This document shows, piece by piece, positions 1-8,068 of a DNA stretch of 51,149 nt (position 1 is the stretch's first letter; every line of letters starts with the position of its first letter). The position numbers and the translations under genes are program-made. This DNA comes from a bacterium (lineage in GTDB: Bacteria > Vulcanimicrobiota > Vulcanimicrobiia > Vulcanimicrobiales > Vulcanimicrobiaceae). Below the pieces are notes generated by a model, which saw only the letters and a program-made list of their open reading frames with translations, was not told the origin of the DNA and did not search any database. Location of the stretch: NCBI GenBank assembly GCA_021806945.1, contig JAKAPQ010000001.1, positions 1-51,149 of the forward strand. The letters are read 5' to 3'.

Positions 1-273
1 ATTTGCATTCTTGAAACGGCGAGCATCCTGAGCGGTTTGCGTGGCCGGCGCGCGTCGTCGCGGTGCCTTATGGCGGCGGCGGCACGCGCCAGAACGGAGC
101 TGCGCATCCCCCTGCAGCGTCCGGAACAAGCCGTCTACGAAAGAAAACTTTCGTTACTTTCGCGCATGCCCGTGATGCCGCGCACGAGCGCGGCGATGCC
201 GCTTCGCGATGCGCTCGCGATCGCGCGCTCCGAGATCGAAGCCGCCCGAAACGAGGCCATCGTCCCGGTTTAG
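1..273 (+). CDS. possible 3' end of a CDS entering from the left edge, product unknown
   Basis: Frame 1 is open from base 1 to the TAG at 271-273, and none of the minus-strand frames is open across the region. I recognise no motif. A 90-codon open frame is weak evidence in DNA this GC-rich. Confidence 0.25.
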   Translation: MCILETASILSGLRGRRASSRCLMAAAARARTELRIPLQRPEQAVYERKLSLLSRMPVMPRTSAAMPLRDALAIARSEIEAARNEAIVPV

Positions 274-319
274 ACGTTTTTTAGACGCGGCGAGAACGCC
301 GCGGGGCTAGACTGGTGGC

Positions 320-1426
320 ATGAGCCGCCTTTTGAACGTCCCGGGGTTCTTGTTTTCCCTCTTCTGCTGCGGCGCCGTGTGCTGCGGCGCCGTGCTCGCG
401 AGTTGCAGCGGCCCGGGCGGGAACGCCGGTGTCGTTCCGCAGCGCTCGCCCACGGCCACGCCCACGGCCACGCCCACGGCCACGCCCACGGCCACGCCCA
501 CGGCCACGCCCACGGCCACGCCCACGGCCACGCCCACGGCCACGCCCACCTCCGGGCCTGCGCCTGCGTCCGGGACCACGTACGTCTTCAACGATACATC
601 ACCGTCCGGCATCGAAGCGTTCGCTCCGAATGCAAACGGCGCCGCCACGCCGGTGAGCTCGTTCACGTTCTCTTCCAGCAGCTACATACCGGGCATAACG
701 GTCGATGCTACCGGCCGCGTTTACGTCGTGACCTCCGGCGGCATTATCTCATTCGCATACGGTGCAACCGGAAGCGCAACGCCGTCGACCACGCTCACGA
801 CCGTAACGGCCGGCTGGGGGCTCGCGATCGACCCGAGCGACAATCTCGTGGTCACGGATTACAGCCACAACCTCGTGGACTTCTTCGCTCCGGGAGCGAA
901 CGGCAGTGCCGCTCCGTTCAAGCAGATCTCCGGCAGCAGCACGCAGATCAACTATCCCTACCAGGCCGCATTCGACGGCAGCGACAACCTCTACGTGCTC
1001 AATGCAAATAGCCCCAGCAGCATCACGGAGTATTCCGCCGCCTCCATAGCGGGCAGCGGAACGATCGATGCGGCGCCGATAGCCACAATCACCAGTTCGT
1101 CGAGCGCACTGGATGGCCCCGAGGGGCTTGCCGTCGATTCGACCGGGCGCATCTACGTCGGTAATTCCGGGAACAACACGATCTCCGTCTTCGCTCCGGG
1201 CTCGAACGGGAACGTAGCTCCCGCCGCGACGCTCAGCGGCAACAGCATCGGATTCTCGATCAATCAGGCAACGATTGCGGTCGACTCGTCAAACGATTTC
1301 TACGTGGCCAGTTCCGATTCGAGTAATGCGGTCTACGTTTTTGCCCCGGTAACTTCGTCGGCGCAGACGCCAATCCGCACCATCACGGGAGTCACGTACC
1401 CGGGCGGCATCGGGATCGTGCCTTGA
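320..1426 (+). CDS. lipoprotein with a (TPTA)n linker and an NHL/YncE-like beta-propeller repeat domain
   Basis: The N-terminus has a signal peptide with a lipobox (VLASC). It is followed by about 8 TATP repeats. Blade-like segments then recur, each with the motif (V/F)FAPG(A/S)NG(N/S)(V/A)AP and 'D..G.(I/L)YV' strands. Confidence 0.75.
   Translation: MSRLLNVPGFLFSLFCCGAVCCGAVLASCSGPGGNAGVVPQRSPTATPTATPTATPTATPTATPTATPTATPTATPTSGPAPASGTTYVFNDTSPSGIEAFAPNANGAATPVSSFTFSSSSYIPGITVDATGRVYVVTSGGIISFAYGATGSATPSTTLTTVTAGWGLAIDPSDNLVVTDYSHNLVDFFAPGANGSAAPFKQISGSSTQINYPYQAAFDGSDNLYVLNANSPSSITEYSAASIAGSGTIDAAPIATITSSSSALDGPEGLAVDSTGRIYVGNSGNNTISVFAPGSNGNVAPAATLSGNSIGFSINQATIAVDSSNDFYVASSDSSNAVYVFAPVTSSAQTPIRTITGVTYPGGIGIVP
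448..549 (+). repeat. 12-bp tandem repeat (gcccacggccac) x ~8.5, inside the lipoprotein CDS
   Basis: Perfect 12-bp periodicity from 448 to 549. It is in frame and encodes the Thr/Pro/Ala linker. Confidence 0.95.
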
Positions 1427-2112
1427 GCGCACCACTGAAGTACGGCTCGTGCATTTGCGTTTGCGCGCTTGCCTCTCTCGTGACGTTGCCGGCTTCAGCG
1501 CGAACGAACACGCAGTGGCAAAGCGTATCCGGCTACACGGGTTGGATCACCTACACCGAGCATGAGGCCTCCAGCAACGCAAAGACGGAAAGCACGTATA
1601 GCGCGGGAATGCACGTGCAATTCAAGGTGCATTACAATGCGGCCGTGCTGGCACCATACACTCGGAAATGGACCGTCACCTATTATTCCGGAACCGCGAA
1701 CTATCGCGCCATGGAACGCAGCCGAGTTCGCGGCATTAGCGGACCCGACGCGCAGTGCGAAGACGTCAGCCGGCACCTGCAGGGAGCGAACGCGCACGCG
1801 CAATTCATGATGCGCGTTTCTCCGAAGGGCTACTTGCTCGTCGTGCCGGGAGCTGACGTTAAACTTAAGGGCACCGAGACTTATCCGCCGAACCCGCCTT
1901 GCGGCGGTGCGGGGGGAACGCACAAAGCCTCCGCCTCGGGCCAGCTCGTCCGGTACGGTTCCGCGAGCGGGCCCCTGCCCACGAACGGCAACGTGTTGTG
2001 CGGCAGCAACGTCTACCGCGGTTCGGTGTTGAAATGGTGGGCGCAACCGATCGGCGTTCCGCCGAAGGCCGGCTCGTGCCCGACTAAGCACTCCCGCTTG
2101 CTGCCCGACTAG
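1423..2112 (+). CDS. secreted hypothetical protein, Cys-containing
   Basis: TTG start overlaps the upstream stop by 4 nt (TTGA). The N-terminus is a signal peptide ending in ...LPASA/RT. Coding-like GC3. No family recognised. Confidence 0.6.
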   Translation: MSAPLKYGSCICVCALASLVTLPASARTNTQWQSVSGYTGWITYTEHEASSNAKTESTYSAGMHVQFKVHYNAAVLAPYTRKWTVTYYSGTANYRAMERSRVRGISGPDAQCEDVSRHLQGANAHAQFMMRVSPKGYLLVVPGADVKLKGTETYPPNPPCGGAGGTHKASASGQLVRYGSASGPLPTNGNVLCGSNVYRGSVLKWWAQPIGVPPKAGSCPTKHSRLLPD

Positions 2113-2332
2113 GCACTCCCGCTGCCGCATGTGGATCGCGGGGAGATGGGTGCGTGCTCCCCAACGCTCCGAGCTCGACCGCGTTGACCGCAACCTGTTA
2201 GAGGTCAAGAGCGAGAAGACCGCAACGTCGAACGCCGTGCTGGGCCGGCAGGAACAATCTGCCGCTCAAATCCGTTATAACTGCGCCGTCGTCAACGACG
2301 ACCATAAGAAAAACAGAGTGTCCCGAAGGAGA

Positions 2333-2887
2333 ATGCACATGACTCGGGTTTTCACGTTTCTCGCCGCTTTCATTCTGTCTTCCTCCGTTGCCCTCGCCAC
2401 GCCCGGCGTACCGGGCAGGGGCCAAATGAAGGGCGACATCGTCAAGATGAACCAGCAGTTCCACATCACCGGATACAACTATCGTATCAAGGCGATCCGT
2501 TGGGTGCCCGCGACGGATCCGTTCGCGCAAGGCGCGTCGAGCTACGCCGGCACGGCCACCGCGCCCAACGGCTATCTCGTCTTCGAGGTTCCCGCGAAGA
2601 ACACACAAAGCGAAGAAGACTGGGCTCCAAACTTGACCGTCACCGCACTCTACAAAGACGGCACGATGGCGGACGGCGATCAAACCCCGTTCTCCAAGAC
2701 CGGTAATCCGCTGACGAGCAGAAAAGTCTTTCCGGGGCAAGGCATTACCGTCTACTACACGATTGCCAACGTTCCGCAGCCGACCAAGGAGAACCCGCTC
2801 GTCAAGCTCATTCTGAAATACACGGCGAACAACGACCCGGGCTATCCGCCGGTCTATCGCCTCTTGCATCCGGTTGTGAGCCCGTAG
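2333..2887 (+). CDS. secreted hypothetical protein, possibly a DUF4352-like Ig-fold
   Basis: I chose the ATG at 2333 (MHMTRVFTFLAAFILSSSVALA signal peptide) because it has an AAGGAG RBS about 6 nt upstream. The 68 codons upstream in the tracked ORF look non-coding. Confidence 0.65.
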   Translation: MHMTRVFTFLAAFILSSSVALATPGVPGRGQMKGDIVKMNQQFHITGYNYRIKAIRWVPATDPFAQGASSYAGTATAPNGYLVFEVPAKNTQSEEDWAPNLTVTALYKDGTMADGDQTPFSKTGNPLTSRKVFPGQGITVYYTIANVPQPTKENPLVKLILKYTANNDPGYPPVYRLLHPVVSP

Positions 2888-2888
2888 G

Positions 2889-3392
2889 ATGTTCGCACCC
2901 CTGCTGCTGAGCATCCTGATGAACGGCACGATCACCGTGCACGTACGCAACGCCGACTCCGGAGAGAGCGGCGTGTACGTGCAGCGCGCGCATAACGCAT
3001 CCGTTAACATCGATCGCGGAATCCTGAGTTACGAAGCGCCCGCGGAATATACCGTGCACGGTTCGCAGCCCGCGTGCACGGGCCGCTACGGAGATATGAA
3101 GGAGCCGGTTCAGGGCTCGATCTTGCTGACCGCGGCCGCGCAGAAGGAGTTCCTCAACACGCTCATCATGCCCGGGCAGCTTTTCGGCGGCGGGGAGAGC
3201 TCCGGCCCGATGTGCGGAACCGGTTTCGGCGCAAAATTGCAGAGCGGTCTGATCCCGCCGCCGAAGTTACCGGGGGCGCATCATGTAACGCACTGGGCGT
3301 TTCATTTGCGCAACGTGCACGACCCGACGCCAGGCGTTGACTACATCTACGACTGGGACGTCAACCGCACGTTCACGAACAGATCGCGCTAA
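2889..3392 (+). CDS. hypothetical protein with a hydrophobic N-terminus
   Basis: The ATG lies 1 nt after the upstream TAG. The ORF is 167 aa with coding-like composition. No family recognised. Confidence 0.55.
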   Translation: MFAPLLLSILMNGTITVHVRNADSGESGVYVQRAHNASVNIDRGILSYEAPAEYTVHGSQPACTGRYGDMKEPVQGSILLTAAAQKEFLNTLIMPGQLFGGGESSGPMCGTGFGAKLQSGLIPPPKLPGAHHVTHWAFHLRNVHDPTPGVDYIYDWDVNRTFTNRSR

Positions 3393-3419
3393 CGCGCTCA
3401 TCGCAGGCGAACGAGTAAA

Positions 3420-3791
3420 CTAACCGCTCGGACTGCCTGAGCGGCGATTGATCTCGGCCGCGATCTGGTCGGCGTCCTGATCGTCGTCGAGCTGCACGAT
3501 GATCTGCCCGTAGTTTTCGTGGTTGGTCTCGAGGACCAGGCAGTGTTTTCCGTCTCCGTAGTCCAAAAACGCGAGTCCGCCGGGCATGAAGAACGTTCCG
3601 GCCATCTTTAGCGAGGGTGCGCTCGTGCCGGCTAGCTTGCGCCACATGTGCGTCCACCCGTTTTCGTCCTCGACGCGTGCAAGGGTGACGTGCGCGAGCG
3701 GAATCTGCAGCGACCCGTGAAATGCCCACACCTTGTCCAGGGTGGAAAGATGAATCTGAACGGCATCGCTCTCGATGCTGACTTGCGGCAT
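3420..3791 (-). CDS. small hypothetical protein, bacterial PH-domain-like
   Basis: 123-aa ORF, the last gene of the minus-strand run. The pattern 'LDKVWAFHGSLQIPLAHV ... MAGTFFMPG...FLDY' resembles bacterial PH-like (bPH) domain proteins. Assignment is tentative. Confidence 0.6.
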   Translation of the reverse strand: MPQVSIESDAVQIHLSTLDKVWAFHGSLQIPLAHVTLARVEDENGWTHMWRKLAGTSAPSLKMAGTFFMPGGLAFLDYGDGKHCLVLETNHENYGQIIVQLDDDQDADQIAAEINRRSGSPSG

Positions 3792-3821
3792 GCTACATGC
3801 TACCTCAAGCCGGCGCTGAAG

Positions 3822-5963
3822 TTACGCCTGCCGGCGGCCCGCGAGAATGACGACCGGCTCGCCCGGAGCGCGCCCGGCCAGCTCTTCGGCGGCCAGCGCG
3901 GCCGCCTGCTCCGCCTCCGCAAGACCGCAGTAGTCGGCGATGCGCGAACCGTGAAGAAGATAGAGTTCCGGCAGCGCGCGGCCGGCGTCCCCGAACGCGG
4001 TCGCCTCTTCCACGGCGCCGCGAAGCACAGCTTGCGCTTGCGCCGCGGTCGTCTGACGCACCAGCGGATCGCGTAGGGCTAAGCGGCCGACGCCGGTACG
4101 ATCCAGCACGCGCACGTCGCGAACGGTTACGCGCCGTCCCAAACGCCCCGCATGCGACCGTTTCGCCTCAAAGACGGTCAAACCGCCGGTCCGGCCGATG
4201 CACGAAACGGCGGCAGCCTCCGACGCGCGCAGTAGCCGCACGGCGGATCGCTGCAGTTCTTCGTCGCTCTGCTCGCCGTGCGAAGCGGCTTCCGCCAGTT
4301 CGCTCGCGCCTGAGGCGGTTGCGCGCACGAGATTGCGCTGCGGATCGATCTCGACCGCGATCTCGACGCGCTCCGGTGAAGCGCCCGCGGCAACGACCGC
4401 ATCCTGCGCCTCACGGCGAATTCGAATGATGTCCGAAGCGGCCGGATCGGCGATCGTTCGTTCCACGACCTCGCGCACCAGCGCAAGCGCGACGCCGATC
4501 GGCGAGATGACCTCAGCGTCCCGCGCCAAGCGGAACTCGAGCCCGCTGCTATGCGCCATGTACGGCACCAGCGCCGCCGCTCCGCCTCCACCGCCGACCA
4601 CGATCAGCGTCTCGCGATCGAGCTCGTAATCCGCAATCAGTTCCTCGACGGCCGCCCGCAGCTTCGCCGTTGCAATCTCCAGGGACGCGCGCGCCAGCGC
4701 ATCTGCATCCGCGCCTAACGCCTGGGCGAGCACTTCGAAGCCGCGCCGCGCCGACTCCGCGTTCCCGTATGCGAACGCCTCCGCGGGGACGAACCCAAGC
4801 AGATTCGCCGCGCAGGTCGGGGTGAGCGCGATGCGCGTACCGTCGCGCGCGACGATCGCCGCATAGTCGGGCGGATCGTGTGCGCTCGGCGCGATGCGTT
4901 CCAAGCGCGCGCCCGCAAAGAGTTCCGGAGCGACGAAGCTGGCGTACTTCAGGCCGGCGATGTGCGCCGAACGCGGTCCGACGTCGGCGATCCGGCTCGC
5001 ATCGACGCGCAGCATGCTGCCGCCGGCAATCGCGAGCGTGCGAACGTCCAGCGTGCGCAGCAGAATGCGATGGCCGCCGATACGCGCCGGACGCATCTGT
5101 GGCATGCCCGCCCGGATCGCGGAACAATCGGCGCTCGTTCCGCCGACTTCGACGAAGATGCCGTCGGTGACGTTTTCGTGCAGCAGCGCGCCCGCAACGC
5201 CGGCAGCAGGACCCGAGAGCAGCGTGAGAATGGGGCGCCGTTCCATCTCGCGCACGTCCATCACACCGCCGTCGCTGCGCATCACCATCAGCGGCGCGCC
5301 GATCGCCGCACGGGCGACCGCCTGCTGCGTCAAACGAGCCGTCTGCACCATACGCGGCAGGATCGCGGCATTGAGCGCGGCGGTTCGCGTTCGCGCTCGC
5401 AGCCCGTACATCGAACTGACTTCATGCCCGGCCGTGGCATACATTCCCGTCGCCCGGGCGGCGGAAGCGGCGTGGTCTTCACCGGCGGGACGGTCCACCG
5501 AGAACGCCGCGGAGACCGCAACTGCGCCGGCACCTTGCGTTGCCAGCGCGTCCAGCGCGCGCTGCACGCCGCGTGTGTCCATCGTGCGCGCAAACGCGAA
5601 ATGCGCCTGGAACGGCACCCCCGGCGCCAGGTCCACGCGTGGAAAGCGCATCTGCGCGCGCGCCAGCGGCGCCAAGCCCTCCAGCAGCCCCAAGACCCCG
5701 ACGGCGGCGACGTCGCCTTCCAACAGCGCGTTCGTCGCCTGCGTGGTCGAGTGCGCGATGAAAGCGATCTCGCCCGGCGCAATGACGTTCTGCACGAAGA
5801 TCTGCTCGATGCCCGCAACGATGCCGGCGGCAACGCCTTCCGGCGCGGCATGCGTGGTCGGCACTTTGACGCGCGCGACCACGCTGCGCGTCGGCACGTC
5901 GATCGCAACGACGTCCGTGAACGTGCCGCCGACGTCGATCCCCAAGCGCAGCTTACGCGACAT
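3822..5963 (-). CDS. hydantoinase/oxoprolinase family protein (HyuA-like, A-subunit type)
   Basis: The N-terminus reads LRLGIDVGGTFTDVVAIDV, followed by HSTTQATNALLEG, both typical of the Hydantoinase_A family. Length is 713 aa. There is no HyuB-like partner in the window. Confidence 0.85.
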   Translation of the reverse strand: MSRKLRLGIDVGGTFTDVVAIDVPTRSVVARVKVPTTHAAPEGVAAGIVAGIEQIFVQNVIAPGEIAFIAHSTTQATNALLEGDVAAVGVLGLLEGLAPLARAQMRFPRVDLAPGVPFQAHFAFARTMDTRGVQRALDALATQGAGAVAVSAAFSVDRPAGEDHAASAARATGMYATAGHEVSSMYGLRARTRTAALNAAILPRMVQTARLTQQAVARAAIGAPLMVMRSDGGVMDVREMERRPILTLLSGPAAGVAGALLHENVTDGIFVEVGGTSADCSAIRAGMPQMRPARIGGHRILLRTLDVRTLAIAGGSMLRVDASRIADVGPRSAHIAGLKYASFVAPELFAGARLERIAPSAHDPPDYAAIVARDGTRIALTPTCAANLLGFVPAEAFAYGNAESARRGFEVLAQALGADADALARASLEIATAKLRAAVEELIADYELDRETLIVVGGGGGAAALVPYMAHSSGLEFRLARDAEVISPIGVALALVREVVERTIADPAASDIIRIRREAQDAVVAAGASPERVEIAVEIDPQRNLVRATASGASELAEAASHGEQSDEELQRSAVRLLRASEAAAVSCIGRTGGLTVFEAKRSHAGRLGRRVTVRDVRVLDRTGVGRLALRDPLVRQTTAAQAQAVLRGAVEEATAFGDAGRALPELYLLHGSRIADYCGLAEAEQAAALAAEELAGRAPGEPVVILAGRRQA

Positions 5964-6705
5964 CGCTCGTAAGAACGAAGACGCTCATCGCCATCTCGAC
6001 GCTGCCGTTGCCCTCGAATTCGGCGAAAAGCTGCCGTACCCCGCTGCGCAGCGCTTCACCCGCGGTGCCTTCGCGCGGCAGATATGACGTGGAGTCGACG
6101 CGTCCCAGCAAGCCGTCAAGCGTCAGGCGTTGCGACCACGCGACCACGCTGCGGCGAAGACGGCTCCCCGCAAGTTTTGAAAAATATTCCAGCGCCGCCA
6201 TTCGTCGCGATTCCGTGTCGTTGAGCAAGTATGGATGGATGAGCCGCGCATAAGCGGCGGGAAACGCCTGCGTCTCGTCGCGTTCGTACTGAACCAGTGC
6301 GATTCGCCGGCGAGCAATGCGCTCGAACTCCGCAAAAGCAACCGCGGCATCAAACCAGTGAAAGGCCTGGAACGCCGCAGCGACGTCAACGCTGCAATCC
6401 GGCAAACCGGTCGCCTCGGCGGTCCCCTCGACCCACACGACGTTTTCCTCAGGCAACGCGCGCGCGCGCATCTGCGGGTCCGGTTCGACAGCGATCACGC
6501 GCGCTATGCGCTCGGCCAGCAGTCTCGTGGAGATGCCGGTTCCGGCGCCGATGTCCGCGGCGACGAGCCGGCTCGCATCGCCGAGTTCCGCTAAGAGCTC
6601 GTCGAACGCGCGCGGCGGATATCCGGGCCGGTGTTTGGCGTACGCGTCCGCACGCTCCGAGAAGCGCCGAGTTGGATCAGGCGTGGGCATGGGGCAGAAG
6701 CGCAA
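5953..6705 (-). CDS. class I SAM-dependent methyltransferase
   Basis: SAM motif I is present (VAADIGAGTGISTRLLAE), with an acidic post-I residue in VIAVEPD. The gene overlaps the downstream hydantoinase gene by 11 nt. An alternative start is the ATG at 6690. Confidence 0.8.
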   Translation of the reverse strand: MRFCPMPTPDPTRRFSERADAYAKHRPGYPPRAFDELLAELGDASRLVAADIGAGTGISTRLLAERIARVIAVEPDPQMRARALPEENVVWVEGTAEATGLPDCSVDVAAAFQAFHWFDAAVAFAEFERIARRRIALVQYERDETQAFPAAYARLIHPYLLNDTESRRMAALEYFSKLAGSRLRRSVVAWSQRLTLDGLLGRVDSTSYLPREGTAGEALRSGVRQLFAEFEGNGSVEMAMSVFVLTSDVA

Positions 6706-8068
6706 ATTCGTCGTAGAGCGCGCAGATCGTCTTTATCCCGCCGAAGAACTGCGACAGGGTGAACTTTTCGTTGGGTGCGTGGATGCGGTCACCGGGCAGT
6801 CCCACGCCGATCAGCACTTGCGGCAGGCCGAGGATACGATCGAAACTAGCTACCGGACCGATCGTCCCGCCGGTGCCGATGAAGACCGGCGGTTTGCCGA
6901 AGCCCGCTTCCATAGCGCGGGCGGCCGCTGCGACGGCCGGATGCTCCCGCGAGGTATGCACGGCACGGACGTCGCCGCTCGCTTCGATCTCAACGCGGAC
7001 CGTGGGCGGCGCGATCCGCTGCAGAAACGCAAGAACCGACTCCTTGACACGGCCCGGATCCTGGCCGGCCACCAGCCGCGCGGAGATCTTCGCCTTCGCC
7101 CAGCTCGGGATGATCGTCTTGCTGCCCGGACCTTGGTATCCGCCCCAGATGCCGTTGCACTCCAGCGTCGGGCGCAGCCACTGCCGTTCGAGCGGGGCGA
7201 CGCCATGCTCGCCGCCAAGCGCGGGAACGCCCAGATTCCGCGCCTCCATTGCTTCGTCGAACGGCAGCGCGCCCAGTTCGGCAGCGGTCGCCGCGTCGAT
7301 CGGCGCAACGCCGTCGTAGAATCCGGGTACGGCAACGCGACCGTCGCCGTCTTTGAGGCGCGCGATCATTCGCGCGAGCACTTCGATCGGATTGTCGATG
7401 AGGCCGCCGAAATATCCAGAGTGCAGATCCTCGGCCGGGCCGGTGACCGCGATCTCCCAATGCACGAGCCCGCGAATCGACGTGGTGAGGGACGGCAGGT
7501 CTTCCGAATAGACCGCCGTGTCGGAGATTACCGCCAGATCCGCCGCGAATTTTTCGCGATAACGCGCCAGTGCCGGCTCGAAACTCGGCGAACCGATCTC
7601 TTCTTCACCCTCGACGACGACTTTTACGTTGATCGGAAGTCTGCCGCGCGTCCTCAGGTGCGCTTCGATCGCGGCGAGATGCATGAGCACCTGGCCCTTG
7701 TCGTCGACCGCGCCGCGACCGTAGATATGGCCGTCGCGCACTTCCGCTTCGAAAGGCGGGCTCTGCCAGAGCGCGAGCGGATCGACGGGCTGCACGTCAT
7801 AGTGCCCGTAGACCAGCATCGTCGGCTTGCCCGGCGCGCCCAGCCACTGCCCGTAGGCGAGCGGGTTGCCGCCGGTTTCGAGCAACTCCGACTCCATGCC
7901 GGCCTCCCGCATTCGAGCGACCAAACGCTCGCAACAGCGCCGCACCTGCCCGCGATACTCGGGATCCGCGCTGATCGACGGTATCGCGATCCACTCCTTC
8001 AACTCTTCGAGGTACGCGCTCTCGTGCGCGTCGCAATAGGCGGCGATCCGCTCGTCGATCTTCGTCAC
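6677..8068 (-). CDS. M20-family dipeptidase
   Basis: The N-terminus has the typical 'LEELKEWIAIPSISADPE' and 'MLVYGHYDVQPVDP' metal-ligand region, then 'YGRGAVDDKGQ'. GTG start with a GGAGGGA RBS. Confidence 0.85.
   Translation of the reverse strand: MTKIDERIAAYCDAHESAYLEELKEWIAIPSISADPEYRGQVRRCCERLVARMREAGMESELLETGGNPLAYGQWLGAPGKPTMLVYGHYDVQPVDPLALWQSPPFEAEVRDGHIYGRGAVDDKGQVLMHLAAIEAHLRTRGRLPINVKVVVEGEEEIGSPSFEPALARYREKFAADLAVISDTAVYSEDLPSLTTSIRGLVHWEIAVTGPAEDLHSGYFGGLIDNPIEVLARMIARLKDGDGRVAVPGFYDGVAPIDAATAAELGALPFDEAMEARNLGVPALGGEHGVAPLERQWLRPTLECNGIWGGYQGPGSKTIIPSWAKAKISARLVAGQDPGRVKESVLAFLQRIAPPTVRVEIEASGDVRAVHTSREHPAVAAAARAMEAGFGKPPVFIGTGGTIGPVASFDRILGLPQVLIGVGLPGDRIHAPNEKFTLSQFFGGIKTICALYDEFALLPHAHA

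Noticed and set aside
448-549. Possible CRISPR array, considered for both the 12-bp repeat here and the 119-bp repeat at 49752-49989.
   Set aside because: There are no unique spacers between repeats. The units are directly adjacent, the sizes are wrong for CRISPR, and no cas genes are present.
307-1011. ORFs encoding (VGVA)n, (HGHA)n and (RP)n repeat peptides.
   Set aside because: They are the alternative frames or the antisense strand of the 12-bp repeat. The frame giving a lipoprotein signal, a (TPTA)n linker and a propeller domain is the only coherent one.
3789-3824. Same-frame adjacency of the hydantoinase-like gene with the PH-like ORF, and of ettA (20383) with the EAL protein (20256), considered as possible UGA-Sec read-through given selA/selB/selC.
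   Set aside because: The intervening stops are TAA (3822-3824) and TAG (20383-20385), not TGA. The downstream proteins also have their own plausible starts.
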